From contig CP011209.1 in assembly GCA_001029635.1 (NCBI GenBank), positions 222,866 to 286,865 on the forward strand: a stretch of DNA of 64,000 bases, read 5' to 3'. Made by a program: the position numbers and the translations under genes. Position 1 is the first letter of the stretch; every line of letters starts with the position of its first letter. The notes under the pieces were generated by a model. It was not told the DNA's origin, did no database searches, and saw only the letters and a program-made list of their open reading frames with translations. This document shows, piece by piece, positions 8,013 through 17,985 of this stretch. The stretch comes from Candidatus Wolfebacteria bacterium GW2011_GWB1_47_1 (lineage in GTDB: Bacteria > Patescibacteriota > Minisyncoccia > UBA6257 > UBA9933).

Positions 8013-9047
8013 GTGAGCGAAGAAAAAGAATTTCTCAATACTACTACTGAGACAGAAAAATCAGCAGAGAGACGGGTCTTTAAGCCTGACATACGGTCGT
8101 TTTTTGATTACACAACTCCCGAAATGTTGAAGCGGAGGGCGGTTAAAGAGATACTTGCCCTCGAAAATGAACAAAAGAAAGAAGCTCGAATGGGGCGATT
8201 TGGGTTGTCGAGTGAGGCAACCGAGGGTGAAATAGTGGCGGCAATAGAAAGACGCATTGGGGAATATCAGACACGCATCGCCGAAGCAAAGGTATTTATT
8301 CCCGAGCAACTAAAGAAAACAAATGAATGGCTTGAAGGGAATCAATTACACCCAAAGCAACCCCCGGAGAATGTTTCAGTGCGCATCGTGGACTCGCTAT
8401 TGGCAATAGGGGTGCCGGGAGGTGATATAGAGGATGTGCGATCGCAGTACAAGCCGGATGCAAATATAATTATGTTCAATCCTGAGGAAGGGTGGTTTAT
8501 ACCGGCGCATGAATACATGCACGCGATGGGTAGCGATAAGGAGGGTCGGGTTGTTGGATTTAGATATATTAACGAGCGGAATGAGATAAAAGGAAATCGT
8601 TGGCTGGACGAAGGCACGGCAATGATAGGAGAGTTTGCGACAAACTCGGCAGAAGACAGAGGAAGGGATAGGGAGCGCACTGACGGTTATGAATTTTTTT
8701 ATTGGATGACTCAGCAATTCATACGGGAGCTGGGAATTACTGAAGCGGAGTTATTAAGGGCATTTTTTGATCAGGATGGTGCGAGGGAAGAATTTGAGAA
8801 GAAGGTTAAAGAGAGATTTAACTGTACGACTGAAGACCTGGCTATTTTTCCAATGGCATATAGCGAAGAAGAAAGAGAGATGGTAGTAAGAATGCTGAAA
8901 GGAGACGCAATGACGTTAACGGTGCCAGACAACGAACATGCCAAAGAAAAATATAATGCATTGGCAGAATTATTCCCAAATATTAAAATAAGGATTAGGA
9001 CGGCGGAGGAGCTTGCCGAGTTGGTACAAAAAATAAAAAATACATGA
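8013..9047 (+). CDS. hypothetical protein with an HExxH motif (putative zinc metallopeptidase-like)
   Basis: Contains FIPAHEYMHAMG (HEYMH) with a downstream EG..; AGGAG RBS; bidirectional terminator after the stop. Confidence 0.5.
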   Translation: MSEEKEFLNTTTETEKSAERRVFKPDIRSFFDYTTPEMLKRRAVKEILALENEQKKEARMGRFGLSSEATEGEIVAAIERRIGEYQTRIAEAKVFIPEQLKKTNEWLEGNQLHPKQPPENVSVRIVDSLLAIGVPGGDIEDVRSQYKPDANIIMFNPEEGWFIPAHEYMHAMGSDKEGRVVGFRYINERNEIKGNRWLDEGTAMIGEFATNSAEDRGRDRERTDGYEFFYWMTQQFIRELGITEAELLRAFFDQDGAREEFEKKVKERFNCTTEDLAIFPMAYSEEEREMVVRMLKGDAMTLTVPDNEHAKEKYNALAELFPNIKIRIRTAEELAELVQKIKNT

Positions 9048-9055
9048 CACTAAAA

Positions 9056-9085
9056 AAAGAAGACCAAAGCGGTCTTCTTTTTTTA
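9056..9085. terminator. bidirectional rho-independent terminator
   Basis: AGAAGACCaaaGCGGTCTTCT hairpin flanked by A- and T-runs, between 8013..9047 (+) and gyrA (-). Confidence 0.7.
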
Positions 9086-9091
9086 GTGCAC

Positions 9092-11545
9092 TTAGAGTGC
9101 GACTACTCCAGCAAGCTTATCCTTTTCCTTAAGGGTCATGATCTTTACGCCGATCGTCGCTCGTCCTGATGTGCGTACATCTTTGAGCGGGATGCGAATG
9201 ATCTGTCCCTTGGTGGAAACGGCGAGCAACTCCTCCTCTTCTCGGAGAATTTGTCCAGTGATGATGTTGCCGATCTTCGGCGTCACATCGGAGGTCTTGA
9301 TCCCCATGCCTCCACGGGTCTGCGTCTTGTACTCGCTGATCGGTGTCTGCTTAGCGTATCCGTTCTCGGATACGACAAGCAGCGTCTGCTTTTTGTGATC
9401 CGCCTTTTGATCGGTACGAATGATGTCGAAGCCCGCTACGCGATCACCCTTTTTTAGTTTGATTCCGCGCACACCGGCTGCGGCGCGTCCGAGCGGTTTG
9501 GTATCGGTTTCTGCAAAGCGAATCGCCTGTCCTCCGTTGGTAGTAATGATGATCTCATCTTTGCCCCCTGAAATCTTTACGCCGATGAGCGAATCACCCT
9601 TCGCGAGATTGATGGCGATGATGCCGGTCCTGCGAATATTGGCAAATTCCGATACCGAGGTCTTCTTGATTGTGCCATCTGCCGTGAGCATGACGAGATA
9701 TTGTTTCTCGGCATCCGAATCAGGGTAGGCGATGACCGCGTTGATGTTTTCATCAGGCGGAAGGTCAAGGAAGTTCTGCATCAACTTGCCCTTTGCGGTG
9801 CGGCTGCCTTGCGGAATATCGTATACCTTTGTCTGGAACACGCGACCCTTGTCGGTAAAGAAGAGGATGTTGTCATGCGTGTTTCCCGAAATGAAGGTTA
9901 CGAGCGCATCTTCATCATTCACATCGGATCCGATCAGGCCCTTGCCACCACGCTTCTGCGCCTTGTAGGTATCTGACGGAACGCGCTTGATGTAACCGCT
10001 TTGAGAAAGAGTGATGACAGTGTCCTCTTCAGGAATGAGGTCAATTTCCTTGAATTCCCCGATTGGGCTTGCGACAACCTTGGTGCGTCGATCGTCTCCG
10101 AACTTATCGCGCAGATCGCGCAATTCATTAGTGACGACACCGAGGATCTTCGCGACGCTCGCGAGGAGCGTTTGGAGTTCTTTGATGATGCGCATCTTTT
10201 CCTTAAGCTCATCCTCTATCTTTTTACTTTCAAGTGCGGCGAGCGTCTGCAAGCGCATTTCAAGAATGGCGGTTGTCTGGATATCGCTAAGCTTAAACTT
10301 CTTTACAAGGTTTACGTGAGCGTCTTCCTTACTGGCCGACTTTTTAATAGTCGCAATAACCGCATCGATAAACTCAAGTGCCTTGGCGAGTCCTTCTAAT
10401 ATATGGGCACGTTCCTGCGCCTTGCGGAGTTCGTACTCGGCACGCTTGCGAACAACTTCTTTGCGATGCTCGAGATAGTACTCAAGTATGTCCTTTAAGG
10501 AAAGGAGTTGTGGTTGTAATCCTCCCGGCGACGGGACAAGCGCCGTCATATTGAAGTTAAAGTTCTTTTGTAGGTCGGTGTGCTTATAGAGTTGATTGAG
10601 TACCTTTTGTGGAGCGGCATCACTCTTGAGCTCGACGACAATGCGCAATCCATCGCGATCGGATTCGTCCCGAAGATCCTTGATGCCCTCAATCTTCTTC
10701 TCGGTTACGAGCCCTGCGATCTTGGAGAGTAGCTCGGATTTGTTAACCTGGTACGGGATCTCGGTGATGACGATATTAAAGAGTCCACTCTTGCGCTCTT
10801 GAATGTCGGAAACGGCGCGCATCGTGACGCCACCACGGCCCGATCGGTAGGCTTCCGCAATGGCATTCTTGTCGTAGATAATGCCTCCAGTTGGGAAGTC
10901 CGGCCCTTTGATGAACTGGGTCAGATCGTCTGTGGTTGCATGTGGATTATCGGAAAGATGCAAAATGGCGTCACTGATCTCGCGCAGATTGTGCGGCGGA
11001 ATGTTGGTCGCCATACCGACGGCGATGCCCGCAACTCCGTTCAAAAGCAGTACCGGAAGTTTTGCCGGGAGGACGAGCGGCTCTTCTGTCGTACCATCAT
11101 AGTTCGGACCCCAGGAAACGGTGTCCTTTTCGATATCAAACATAAGCTCCTCGGATATTTTGGAAAGGCGACACTCGGTATAACGCATAGCAGCCTGGTT
11201 GTCTCCATCGATAGATCCCCAGTTTCCCTGGCCGTCGATTAATGGATAACGGAGCGAGAAGTCTTGCGCCATGCGTGCCATAGCGTCGTACACGGACATA
11301 TCGCCGTGCGGATGGTAGCTTTTAAGCACTTCTCCGACGACAGCTGCGGATTTGCGGTACTTTACGCCCGCCTTGAGGCCGGTCTCCCACATAGCCCACA
11401 AAATACGCCGCTGTACTGGCTTTATACCGTCGCGGACGTCTGGCAATGCGCGAGAAATAATGACCGACATCGCATAGTTAAGGTAGTCTTCCTGGATCTC
11501 TGCGCTGATCTCTCGTTTTTGAACTTTATCGAACTGTTCTTCCAT
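9092..11545 (-). CDS. gyrA: DNA gyrase subunit A
   Basis: N-terminal AAMRYTE active-site Tyr motif region, C-terminal beta-pinwheel repeats and a GyrA-box-like QKRGGKG; 817 aa. Confidence 0.9.
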   Translation of the reverse strand: MEEQFDKVQKREISAEIQEDYLNYAMSVIISRALPDVRDGIKPVQRRILWAMWETGLKAGVKYRKSAAVVGEVLKSYHPHGDMSVYDAMARMAQDFSLRYPLIDGQGNWGSIDGDNQAAMRYTECRLSKISEELMFDIEKDTVSWGPNYDGTTEEPLVLPAKLPVLLLNGVAGIAVGMATNIPPHNLREISDAILHLSDNPHATTDDLTQFIKGPDFPTGGIIYDKNAIAEAYRSGRGGVTMRAVSDIQERKSGLFNIVITEIPYQVNKSELLSKIAGLVTEKKIEGIKDLRDESDRDGLRIVVELKSDAAPQKVLNQLYKHTDLQKNFNFNMTALVPSPGGLQPQLLSLKDILEYYLEHRKEVVRKRAEYELRKAQERAHILEGLAKALEFIDAVIATIKKSASKEDAHVNLVKKFKLSDIQTTAILEMRLQTLAALESKKIEDELKEKMRIIKELQTLLASVAKILGVVTNELRDLRDKFGDDRRTKVVASPIGEFKEIDLIPEEDTVITLSQSGYIKRVPSDTYKAQKRGGKGLIGSDVNDEDALVTFISGNTHDNILFFTDKGRVFQTKVYDIPQGSRTAKGKLMQNFLDLPPDENINAVIAYPDSDAEKQYLVMLTADGTIKKTSVSEFANIRRTGIIAINLAKGDSLIGVKISGGKDEIIITTNGGQAIRFAETDTKPLGRAAAGVRGIKLKKGDRVAGFDIIRTDQKADHKKQTLLVVSENGYAKQTPISEYKTQTRGGMGIKTSDVTPKIGNIITGQILREEEELLAVSTKGQIIRIPLKDVRTSGRATIGVKIMTLKEKDKLAGVVAL

Positions 11546-11697
11546 AATGCGTAATTAATATTGAGTAACTGATTGAGAATTTGTGTGTTTGAGTGAAGTG
11601 CGAGGCGCGGGGAGATTGGCGAGGGAGACGTGCTACTCGTACGGGGACCGAACCAATGGGGACCCGCAACGAAGCAATTTGCCAAACACGCAGATTC

Positions 11698-11997
11698 TCA
11701 CTTAGGGTTTTCTATTGTTGTGGTCCGGCGACCAATTGCCGGCATGTCTGAAATGATATTGTCGAACGCCTTGCCGAGCGAAGATCCGGTGATGGTGAGC
11801 CCATTTTTGAATACCGGCCAGAATCCAATGCGGACATCCTCTTTTGCGTTTTTGTCCGATCCGGTAAAGACAACCGCCCGCATATAGATCACCCAAAGGG
11901 AGACGATAAGAAGGATAGTAATACTGCTTAGGAGGATCAACCATTTCCGCTTCGTCTGCTGGTCGGATTGCCTGATTCGATGAATATGATGCCGCAT
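11698..11997 (-). CDS. hypothetical small membrane protein
   Basis: 99-aa ORF with one TM helix downstream of 12007..12630 on the same strand; weak support. Confidence 0.25.
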   Translation of the reverse strand: MRHHIHRIRQSDQQTKRKWLILLSSITILLIVSLWVIYMRAVVFTGSDKNAKEDVRIGFWPVFKNGLTITGSSLGKAFDNIISDMPAIGRRTTTIENPK

Positions 11998-12006
11998 ACA
12001 AGTGAA

Positions 12007-12630
12007 TTAGGGCTTCAAAATAGTGATTTGAGTCGGTTTGATGGTAATGAGATCCTTTTTCTTAATCGTAAGCTTGTCTTGCGGTTCAATGTCCTTCTGA
12101 TCAAGTTCTTCGAGGAAGATCTTGAGATCTTCTGCCGGGCGCTTGAGTCCGGGAATCTTGAAAGCGGTCGGAATGAGTATCTTCGGTTGGATTTGTTTCA
12201 CAAGTTTGGCGACTTTCTTCTGATCGATATAGGGCGATCCGCTGCCCGGAATAAAGAGAATATCAATATCCTCAAGCCTTTCCATAATAGCGGGAGATGG
12301 CACTTCGGCGAGATGACCGAGGAAACAGAGCTTGATGTCTTCCAAAACGACGACGTAGACGGTCTTGAGAATCTTGTCGGTCACTTCGTTTTCCGAGAGA
12401 TAGCCGAATACGGTTGTATCTTCGATGTTGTATTCGCCTGGACCATAGATGGCAATGCCCTGATCAGGGGGAGTTTCATGGGGTGGGAAGGCCGTAAGAG
12501 TCTTAAGTAGAATGTCGTACTTGAAGCGGGGAGGAGTTAATCCACTGGAGGTGTCGACCGGGTCCGTGAGGATAGTAAATTCTCCACTCTGTATTTTGAA
12601 GCTGTTTTCTCCGTAGAAAGAAATGACCAT
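12007..12630 (-). CDS. MBL-fold metal-dependent hydrolase (UPF0173-like)
   Basis: Sequence pattern typical of small MBL-fold hydrolases (ILTDP..., DILFIPGSG); start trimmed to the ATG at 12628-12630 (the upstream ORF-track start is TTG). Confidence 0.5.
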   Translation of the reverse strand: MVISFYGENSFKIQSGEFTILTDPVDTSSGLTPPRFKYDILLKTLTAFPPHETPPDQGIAIYGPGEYNIEDTTVFGYLSENEVTDKILKTVYVVVLEDIKLCFLGHLAEVPSPAIMERLEDIDILFIPGSGSPYIDQKKVAKLVKQIQPKILIPTAFKIPGLKRPAEDLKIFLEELDQKDIEPQDKLTIKKKDLITIKPTQITILKP

Positions 12631-12792
12631 AGTTGGGTGTAAAATGAAAAAAAGAAAACGAAAAAGGGGAATACAGGGCAAAAAATGCCCTTAAAGCCCA
12701 TTTTTCATATTCCGTATTGCCTACTTCGTACCCGTTTACTATACCACGGAAACCCTTGATTTTCAAATGCTTTTACCGTAAGCTGTTGGTCT

Positions 12793-13926
12793 ATGGTCAC
12801 TAACAATATAGAAATTAAAAACTCATCCGCGATGAATCAGCTGACCAAAGCGGATGCGAACATCATCTCATTCCTCAAGGAGGGAGATTTGATCGAGGCA
12901 AAATTGCTCGCCAAGACAAAGCGCGGTGTGCACTTCGACCTCGGCAAGTACGGCACCGGCATTGTGTACGGTATCGAACTGATCAACTCTCGCGACATTG
13001 TGAAAGGAATGAACCCGGGCGACAGCGTGAGTGCAAAGATCGTTTCTCTCGAAAATAACGAGGGTTACGTCGAATTATCCCTGATCAACGCACAGGAACA
13101 GAAGAATTGGCAGGGTTTGAAGGATCTCAAAGATACCGACGAACCGTTTGGGGTAAAGATCAAGGGCGCAAACAGTGGTGGATTGGTTGCGGATATCCAT
13201 GGAACTAAGGCATTCTTGCCGGTATCTCAGCTGTCTAGCGAGCACTACCCACGCATCGAAAAGGGTGACCAGTCACGTATTCTCGAGGAATTGAAGAAAT
13301 TCGTCGGAGAGGAGCTGATGGTGAAGATCATCGACCTTAACCCGCGCACGAACAAGCTCATCATCTCCGAAAAGGAGGCTGTTGAGGAAAACGTCCGAGA
13401 ATTACTTGCAAAATACACGGTTGGTGACATTATCGCCGGTGTTGTATCAGGAATCGCTGATTTCGGCGCATTCGTACGATTCATCGACAATCCGGGAATC
13501 GAAGGATTGATCCACATTTCCGAGCTCGACTATCGTTTGATCGATACGCCGAAGGAGGTGGTAAAGATCGATGAGGAGATCAAAGCCAAGATCATCGAGA
13601 TCAAGGACGATAAGGTATTTCTCTCGCTTAAGGCATTAAAGCCGAATCCGTGGGAAACCGTATCTGACAAGTTCAAGGAAGGAGAAGAAGTCGAAGGAAA
13701 GGTATACAAGGTCAACCCGTTTGGGGCATACATCGACTTAGGGCAGGATCTCTATGGTCTTATCCATGTATCCGAATTCGGATCTCCGGAAGAACTACGA
13801 AAGCAGATGGAACCGGGCAAAAAACATGCATTCACTGTTGAGGCGATCAAGCCTGACGAAAAGCGCATCATGTTGAAGCTCAAGGGTCACAAAAAGGCAT
13901 CCAAGAAGGAAGAAGCAGAAGCATAA
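12793..13926 (+). CDS. rpsA: 30S ribosomal protein S1 (short form, multiple S1 domains)
   Basis: At least four S1-domain repeats (GD.I.G.V....FGAFV....GIEGLIHISE); terminator downstream. Confidence 0.75.
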   Translation: MVTNNIEIKNSSAMNQLTKADANIISFLKEGDLIEAKLLAKTKRGVHFDLGKYGTGIVYGIELINSRDIVKGMNPGDSVSAKIVSLENNEGYVELSLINAQEQKNWQGLKDLKDTDEPFGVKIKGANSGGLVADIHGTKAFLPVSQLSSEHYPRIEKGDQSRILEELKKFVGEELMVKIIDLNPRTNKLIISEKEAVEENVRELLAKYTVGDIIAGVVSGIADFGAFVRFIDNPGIEGLIHISELDYRLIDTPKEVVKIDEEIKAKIIEIKDDKVFLSLKALKPNPWETVSDKFKEGEEVEGKVYKVNPFGAYIDLGQDLYGLIHVSEFGSPEELRKQMEPGKKHAFTVEAIKPDEKRIMLKLKGHKKASKKEEAEA

Positions 13927-14068
13927 TACAAAAAACCCGCAGAAATGCGGGTTTTTGCTTAGTTGACATTTTCATATTATATGTTCTATAATATATACAG
14001 AACTTGCAATGTAATAGAAAAGGAAAGGTGTTGGCAATCAACTACTCATGGTATAGGGAGGTTGTTTG

Positions 14069-14500
14069 ATGAATGAGACAAATTTTGTATTTCCCCTCGA
14101 GCAAAGGACACTGGGTTGCTGCCTTGTTTGTCCTTGCTGCAACGAAGTGGTAGCCAACGGCGCGCCGTACGAAGCACGCGCGAATCAGCGGGTGCATACT
14201 GCCTGCGCAAAACGCTTTGACCTGGTTATGAAGATAAAGCCTGATGTCGAGGGGATCCTCGACGGCGTTCCGCAGCAGGTTCTCGAAGGAACCGATCTGC
14301 CGGGAAGGCTGTCTCGTGCCTGCACCATCGTCGCGATCCGCATGATCGTGACGGACTTCTGCGTGGCGCTCCAGGAGGCAAAGAAGTGGCTCAAAGAGCA
14401 GTTTGAAGAACTCGCCCAGTGGGCATCCGAGCAGTTGATCCCGATCGGGCAGAGGGTCCAGGTTACTCCGCAGCAAATAATGAAGTACCTGGCGGTGTAA
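14069..14500 (+). CDS. hypothetical Cys-rich protein (possible zinc-ribbon), GC-rich ORFan
   Basis: GGGAGG RBS; TTGACA/TATAAT-like promoter at about 13962-13995; CxxC...CC motifs (CCLVCPCCNE); followed by a strong terminator. Confidence 0.5.
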   Translation: MNETNFVFPLEQRTLGCCLVCPCCNEVVANGAPYEARANQRVHTACAKRFDLVMKIKPDVEGILDGVPQQVLEGTDLPGRLSRACTIVAIRMIVTDFCVALQEAKKWLKEQFEELAQWASEQLIPIGQRVQVTPQQIMKYLAV

Positions 14501-14550
14501 AACTGCGAGGCTTGTGAAGTAATTCAACCGCAACACCTTCCCTGCTATTC

Positions 14551-14586
14551 GAGGCTGCCGCAAGCTACGGCAGCCTCAATTTTTTT
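14551..14586 (+). terminator. rho-independent terminator
   Basis: GAGGCTGCCGcaagctaCGGCAGCCTC hairpin plus TTTTTTT. Confidence 0.85.
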
Positions 14587-14610
14587 CACATTGCAATTAC
14601 AGAAAAACTG

Positions 14611-15357
14611 ATGGATAGTAACAAGGAAATGGAACGAAAAGATATAATAGTTATATATGAGGACAAAAATCTAGTGGCGATTAACAAGCCGGCGCATCTT
14701 TTGGTACATCCATACGCAGAGGGGAATGACTACGCATTAACCGACTGGCTCTTGAAGCACTATCCCGAGGTGAAGAAGGTTGGCGACGACCCGAAGCAGC
14801 GCCCGGGTATTGTGCACCGACTGGATAAGAACACATCGGGTGTGATTTTGGTTCCGCGTACGCAGGAATATTTTGCGTATCTTAAGAATCTGTTTCAGAC
14901 AAGAGGTATAAAAAAGGCATATCTCGCCTTGGTATGGGGGAAGATACAGGAAAAAAAAGGGATTATAGATAAGCCGATCAGCTTGAAGGGTGGCACGACC
15001 AAGCGAACGGTGCATGAGGGAAAGATGACCAAGGAAGCGTTGACCGAATATGAGGTGGTGGAACGGTTTGAATTTGATGATCCGGCTGCGGAAAAACGTA
15101 AGATCTATGAGTTGACATTGGTCCGTGCATGGCCCAAAACGGGCCGTACACACCAAATAAGGGTACATCTGGCATCCATAGGGCATGCGATTGTCGGAGA
15201 CACCATGTATGGAGCAAAAATGAACCCCCTAGGAATTGATAGGCACTTCCTGCATGCGGAATCACTCGAATTTGTGGCATCGCAGGGGCATAAGCTGGTT
15301 ATTGAGGCGGAGCTGGCCACTGATCTACAAAAGGTTTTAAAGAAGGTGAGGGGGTAA
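14611..15357 (+). CDS. RluA-family pseudouridine synthase
   Basis: HRLDKNTSGVILV catalytic-Asp motif and a TGRTHQIRVH motif. Confidence 0.85.
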   Translation: MDSNKEMERKDIIVIYEDKNLVAINKPAHLLVHPYAEGNDYALTDWLLKHYPEVKKVGDDPKQRPGIVHRLDKNTSGVILVPRTQEYFAYLKNLFQTRGIKKAYLALVWGKIQEKKGIIDKPISLKGGTTKRTVHEGKMTKEALTEYEVVERFEFDDPAAEKRKIYELTLVRAWPKTGRTHQIRVHLASIGHAIVGDTMYGAKMNPLGIDRHFLHAESLEFVASQGHKLVIEAELATDLQKVLKKVRG

Positions 15358-15442
15358 GGTATGGTGCCGTGTCATTACCGCTTCCGAGGGAATGACAAAT
15401 TTGTTTGACAATATGGGCATTATCCTATAATATAACCACACT

Positions 15443-15766
15443 ATGGATAAAGAACTCATGGCAAAAATAAAGCCGGGAGCAAGCGTTCGCGTCTGGGAGC
15501 GCATTAAGGATGGCGACAAGGAGCGCATCAGCAAATTCCAGGGGATTATCATTGCGACAAAGCATGGCAAGGAGATTGGTTCGACATTTACCGTTCGTTC
15601 GATCATTAGCGAAATTGGCGTTGAAAAGGTATATCCGTTCAACACCCCGCTGATCGCGAAGGTGGAAGTATTGACCGCCCCAAAGAAGGTACGACGCGCA
15701 AAGCTCTACTTCGTACGAGACCTCTCGAAGAAGAAGACTCGCGAAAAGATTGGCATCGCCGCATAA
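15443..15766 (+). CDS. rplS: 50S ribosomal protein L19
   Basis: Typical bL19 sequence (GDKERISKFQGIIIA..., YPFNTPLIAKVEV), 107 aa; terminator downstream. Confidence 0.9.
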   Translation: MDKELMAKIKPGASVRVWERIKDGDKERISKFQGIIIATKHGKEIGSTFTVRSIISEIGVEKVYPFNTPLIAKVEVLTAPKKVRRAKLYFVRDLSKKKTREKIGIAA

Positions 15767-15855
15767 CAAAAAGATCCGCTTCGGCGGATTTTTTGTTATA
15801 TATTGTGCCACTTGAAAAACGGGGAAGGATTCAGTAGTATTGGTAAGTATTGGAG

Positions 15856-15939
15856 GCGCGGGTGGCGAAATTGGTAGACGCACTACCTTGAGGTGGTAAC
15901 GCTGGCAACGGCATGGAGGTTCGAGTCCTCTCCCGCGCA
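15856..15939 (+). tRNA. tRNA-Leu (anticodon GAG), type II
   Basis: GCGCGGGTGGCGAAATTGGTAGACGC...CTACCTTGAGGTGGTAA...GGAGGTTCGAGTCCTCTCCCGCGCA. Acceptor 7 bp, long variable arm, anticodon loop TTGAGGT; terminator hairpin follows. Confidence 0.8.
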
Positions 15940-15985
15940 CAAATAAAAACAGTCTGCCTGGAGCCGACTGTTTTTGATATACTAA

Positions 15986-16519
15986 ATGCATATGATCCTC
16001 ATTAATACCGGCAATGGAAAGGGCAAAACAACGGCAGCTCTTGGCGTTGCCATGCGTGAGCTAGGGAACGGCAAGCGCGTCGCAATGGTACAGTTCATCA
16101 AAGGTCCGTGGAAGAGTGGGGAAGATTTTTTTGCGAAACGATTCAATATTCCACAGACAACATTCAAGTTGGTGAAGACAGGGAGGGGATTTGTGGGCAT
16201 ATTGGGGGACACGCTTCCGCGCGAGGAACATCGCAAAGCGGCTCAGGATGGGCTGGCATTGGCGGCAAAATTGATAGGATCAAAAAAATATGATCTGGTA
16301 ATTCTTGATGAAATACACAATGCAATACAGTTGAAGCTGCTGTCTATAAGAGATGTGCATAAAGTTATTAAAGAAGCGCCAAAAGAAATTAATATTATTA
16401 TGACAGGGCGCGACGCCGTAAAGCATTTTGTTGCACTTGCTGATGTAGTGACCGATATGGGAGAAGTGAAACATATCTATAATGAGGGAGTGAAGGCGGA
16501 AAAAGGGATGGATTTTTAA
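15986..16519 (+). CDS. cob(I)yrinic acid a,c-diamide adenosyltransferase (CobA/CobO/BtuR family)
   Basis: P-loop GNGKGKTTAA, QFIKG, and DELVILDEI-like segments characteristic of BtuR/CobA. Confidence 0.8.
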   Translation: MHMILINTGNGKGKTTAALGVAMRELGNGKRVAMVQFIKGPWKSGEDFFAKRFNIPQTTFKLVKTGRGFVGILGDTLPREEHRKAAQDGLALAAKLIGSKKYDLVILDEIHNAIQLKLLSIRDVHKVIKEAPKEINIIMTGRDAVKHFVALADVVTDMGEVKHIYNEGVKAEKGMDF

Positions 16520-16524
16520 AAGAT

Positions 16525-17985
16525 ATGCATCTCCACGAATCCGTATTTTGGGGAATCGTGTTTTTTCTGGTCGGTATATTTTTGGCACCATCGATACGTC
16601 TTGCGGCGTTGGCTATTATTACAATAGTGGGGGCAGGAGTGGCCGCATACCGGGGGGGAAGCAAGCGGATCGCATGGTTCGCCGCACTCGTATCGTTTGT
16701 CGTTATTGGTGCGATGTATTGGGTAGGCTACAACGTGCATCAAAAAAATAAAACGGTCACGTTGATCGGCAAGAGAGCGACAATAACGGGGCACGTGCTC
16801 GACGTTCGCAGAAGCGAAAAGAGCCAACGGGTTGTAATCAAGTTAAATGATGTGACGGGTGGGAAAATTTCAGTGATGGCACGTCCATATCCTATGCTAC
16901 GCTATGGTGACGTGATAACAGCAAGCGGTGCAATAAAGAAGCCCGATGAAAAAAATCGCATGTATCTATTGAAGGATGCAATTTTCGCGACCATGCAGTT
17001 TCCTGAAATAAAACTGGTGAAGCAAAATGACGGCAACACGATACTCATGCGATTGCTGGAAATCAGAAAGAGGGCGGTCGCGACATACAAGAAGTTATTA
17101 CCAGCCGAAGAGGCGGCGTTGCTCGCAGGCATTACCTTGGGAGAGCGCGCGGAATTCAGTAGAGAGTTTAAAACGCAGATGGCAAATAGTGGTACGACGC
17201 ACCTGGTCGCGTTGTCGGGATACAATATCAGTGTCGTGGCGGGTGCGGTGCTATTGCTCTGCGGGTCTATAATGCGTCGCACGGCAGCATTTTACGCGAC
17301 GCTTGGCATCATTGTCGCATTTGTCGTTATGTCGGGAGCGGAAGCGTCGGTGGTACGAGCCGCAATTATGGGCAGTATTGTACTACTCGCGGCACATATT
17401 GGGAGGGCACACAGCATGCGCAACGCGATTGCGGTAAGCGCGGCGGCGATGGTGATATGGAATCCGAATGTATTGCGCTACGATCTTGGGTTCCAGCTGT
17501 CCTTCTTGGCGTTCATCGGCATCGTATATCTGAAACCGCATCTCGACCGATATATAAAAAGAAAGAAAAATGGATTTCTTGATTGGCGTGAGAACCTGTC
17601 GGGTACGCTCTCGGCACAAGTGATGGTCTTTCCCATATTAATGCAATCAGTCGGTTCGTTTTCGTTGGTATCGTTGGCGTCTAATATCGTGATTCTTGCG
17701 TTCATCCCCGTGACCATGGGACTGGGGTTTGTGATTGCGGGACTTGGGTTTGTTGTAAGTCCGCTGACAACATTTCCCGCCTGGATAGCATCTCTAGTGC
17801 TAAAATACGAGATCGCAATAATCGAATTATTCGGAGCGAATGAAGGGTTTTCGATGCCGATGACAGCCGCATGGGTGGTGCTGTATTATGGAATAATTGG
17901 AGGGGCTCTAGCATATTTGCGTCATCGCAACAAGATGCACATATGTACGTCATCCGATGACGTACATACCATACGACAATTATGA
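16525..17985 (+). CDS. comEC: ComEC/Rec2 competence protein, membrane (competence-domain) part
   Basis: Multi-pass membrane protein with the ComEC competence-domain motif region (LLAGITLGER...TTHLVALSGYNISVV). Confidence 0.75.
   Translation: MHLHESVFWGIVFFLVGIFLAPSIRLAALAIITIVGAGVAAYRGGSKRIAWFAALVSFVVIGAMYWVGYNVHQKNKTVTLIGKRATITGHVLDVRRSEKSQRVVIKLNDVTGGKISVMARPYPMLRYGDVITASGAIKKPDEKNRMYLLKDAIFATMQFPEIKLVKQNDGNTILMRLLEIRKRAVATYKKLLPAEEAALLAGITLGERAEFSREFKTQMANSGTTHLVALSGYNISVVAGAVLLLCGSIMRRTAAFYATLGIIVAFVVMSGAEASVVRAAIMGSIVLLAAHIGRAHSMRNAIAVSAAAMVIWNPNVLRYDLGFQLSFLAFIGIVYLKPHLDRYIKRKKNGFLDWRENLSGTLSAQVMVFPILMQSVGSFSLVSLASNIVILAFIPVTMGLGFVIAGLGFVVSPLTTFPAWIASLVLKYEIAIIELFGANEGFSMPMTAAWVVLYYGIIGGALAYLRHRNKMHICTSSDDVHTIRQL

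Noticed and set aside
9138-11242. Multiple ORFs inside and antisense to gyrA
   Set aside because: They sit entirely within a well-supported 817-aa GyrA reading frame and are shadow ORFs.
14042-14563. 173-aa minus-strand ORF antisense to 14069..14500
   Set aside because: The + strand ORF has a consensus promoter, GGGAGG RBS and a downstream + oriented terminator. The antisense ORF would run through that terminator.
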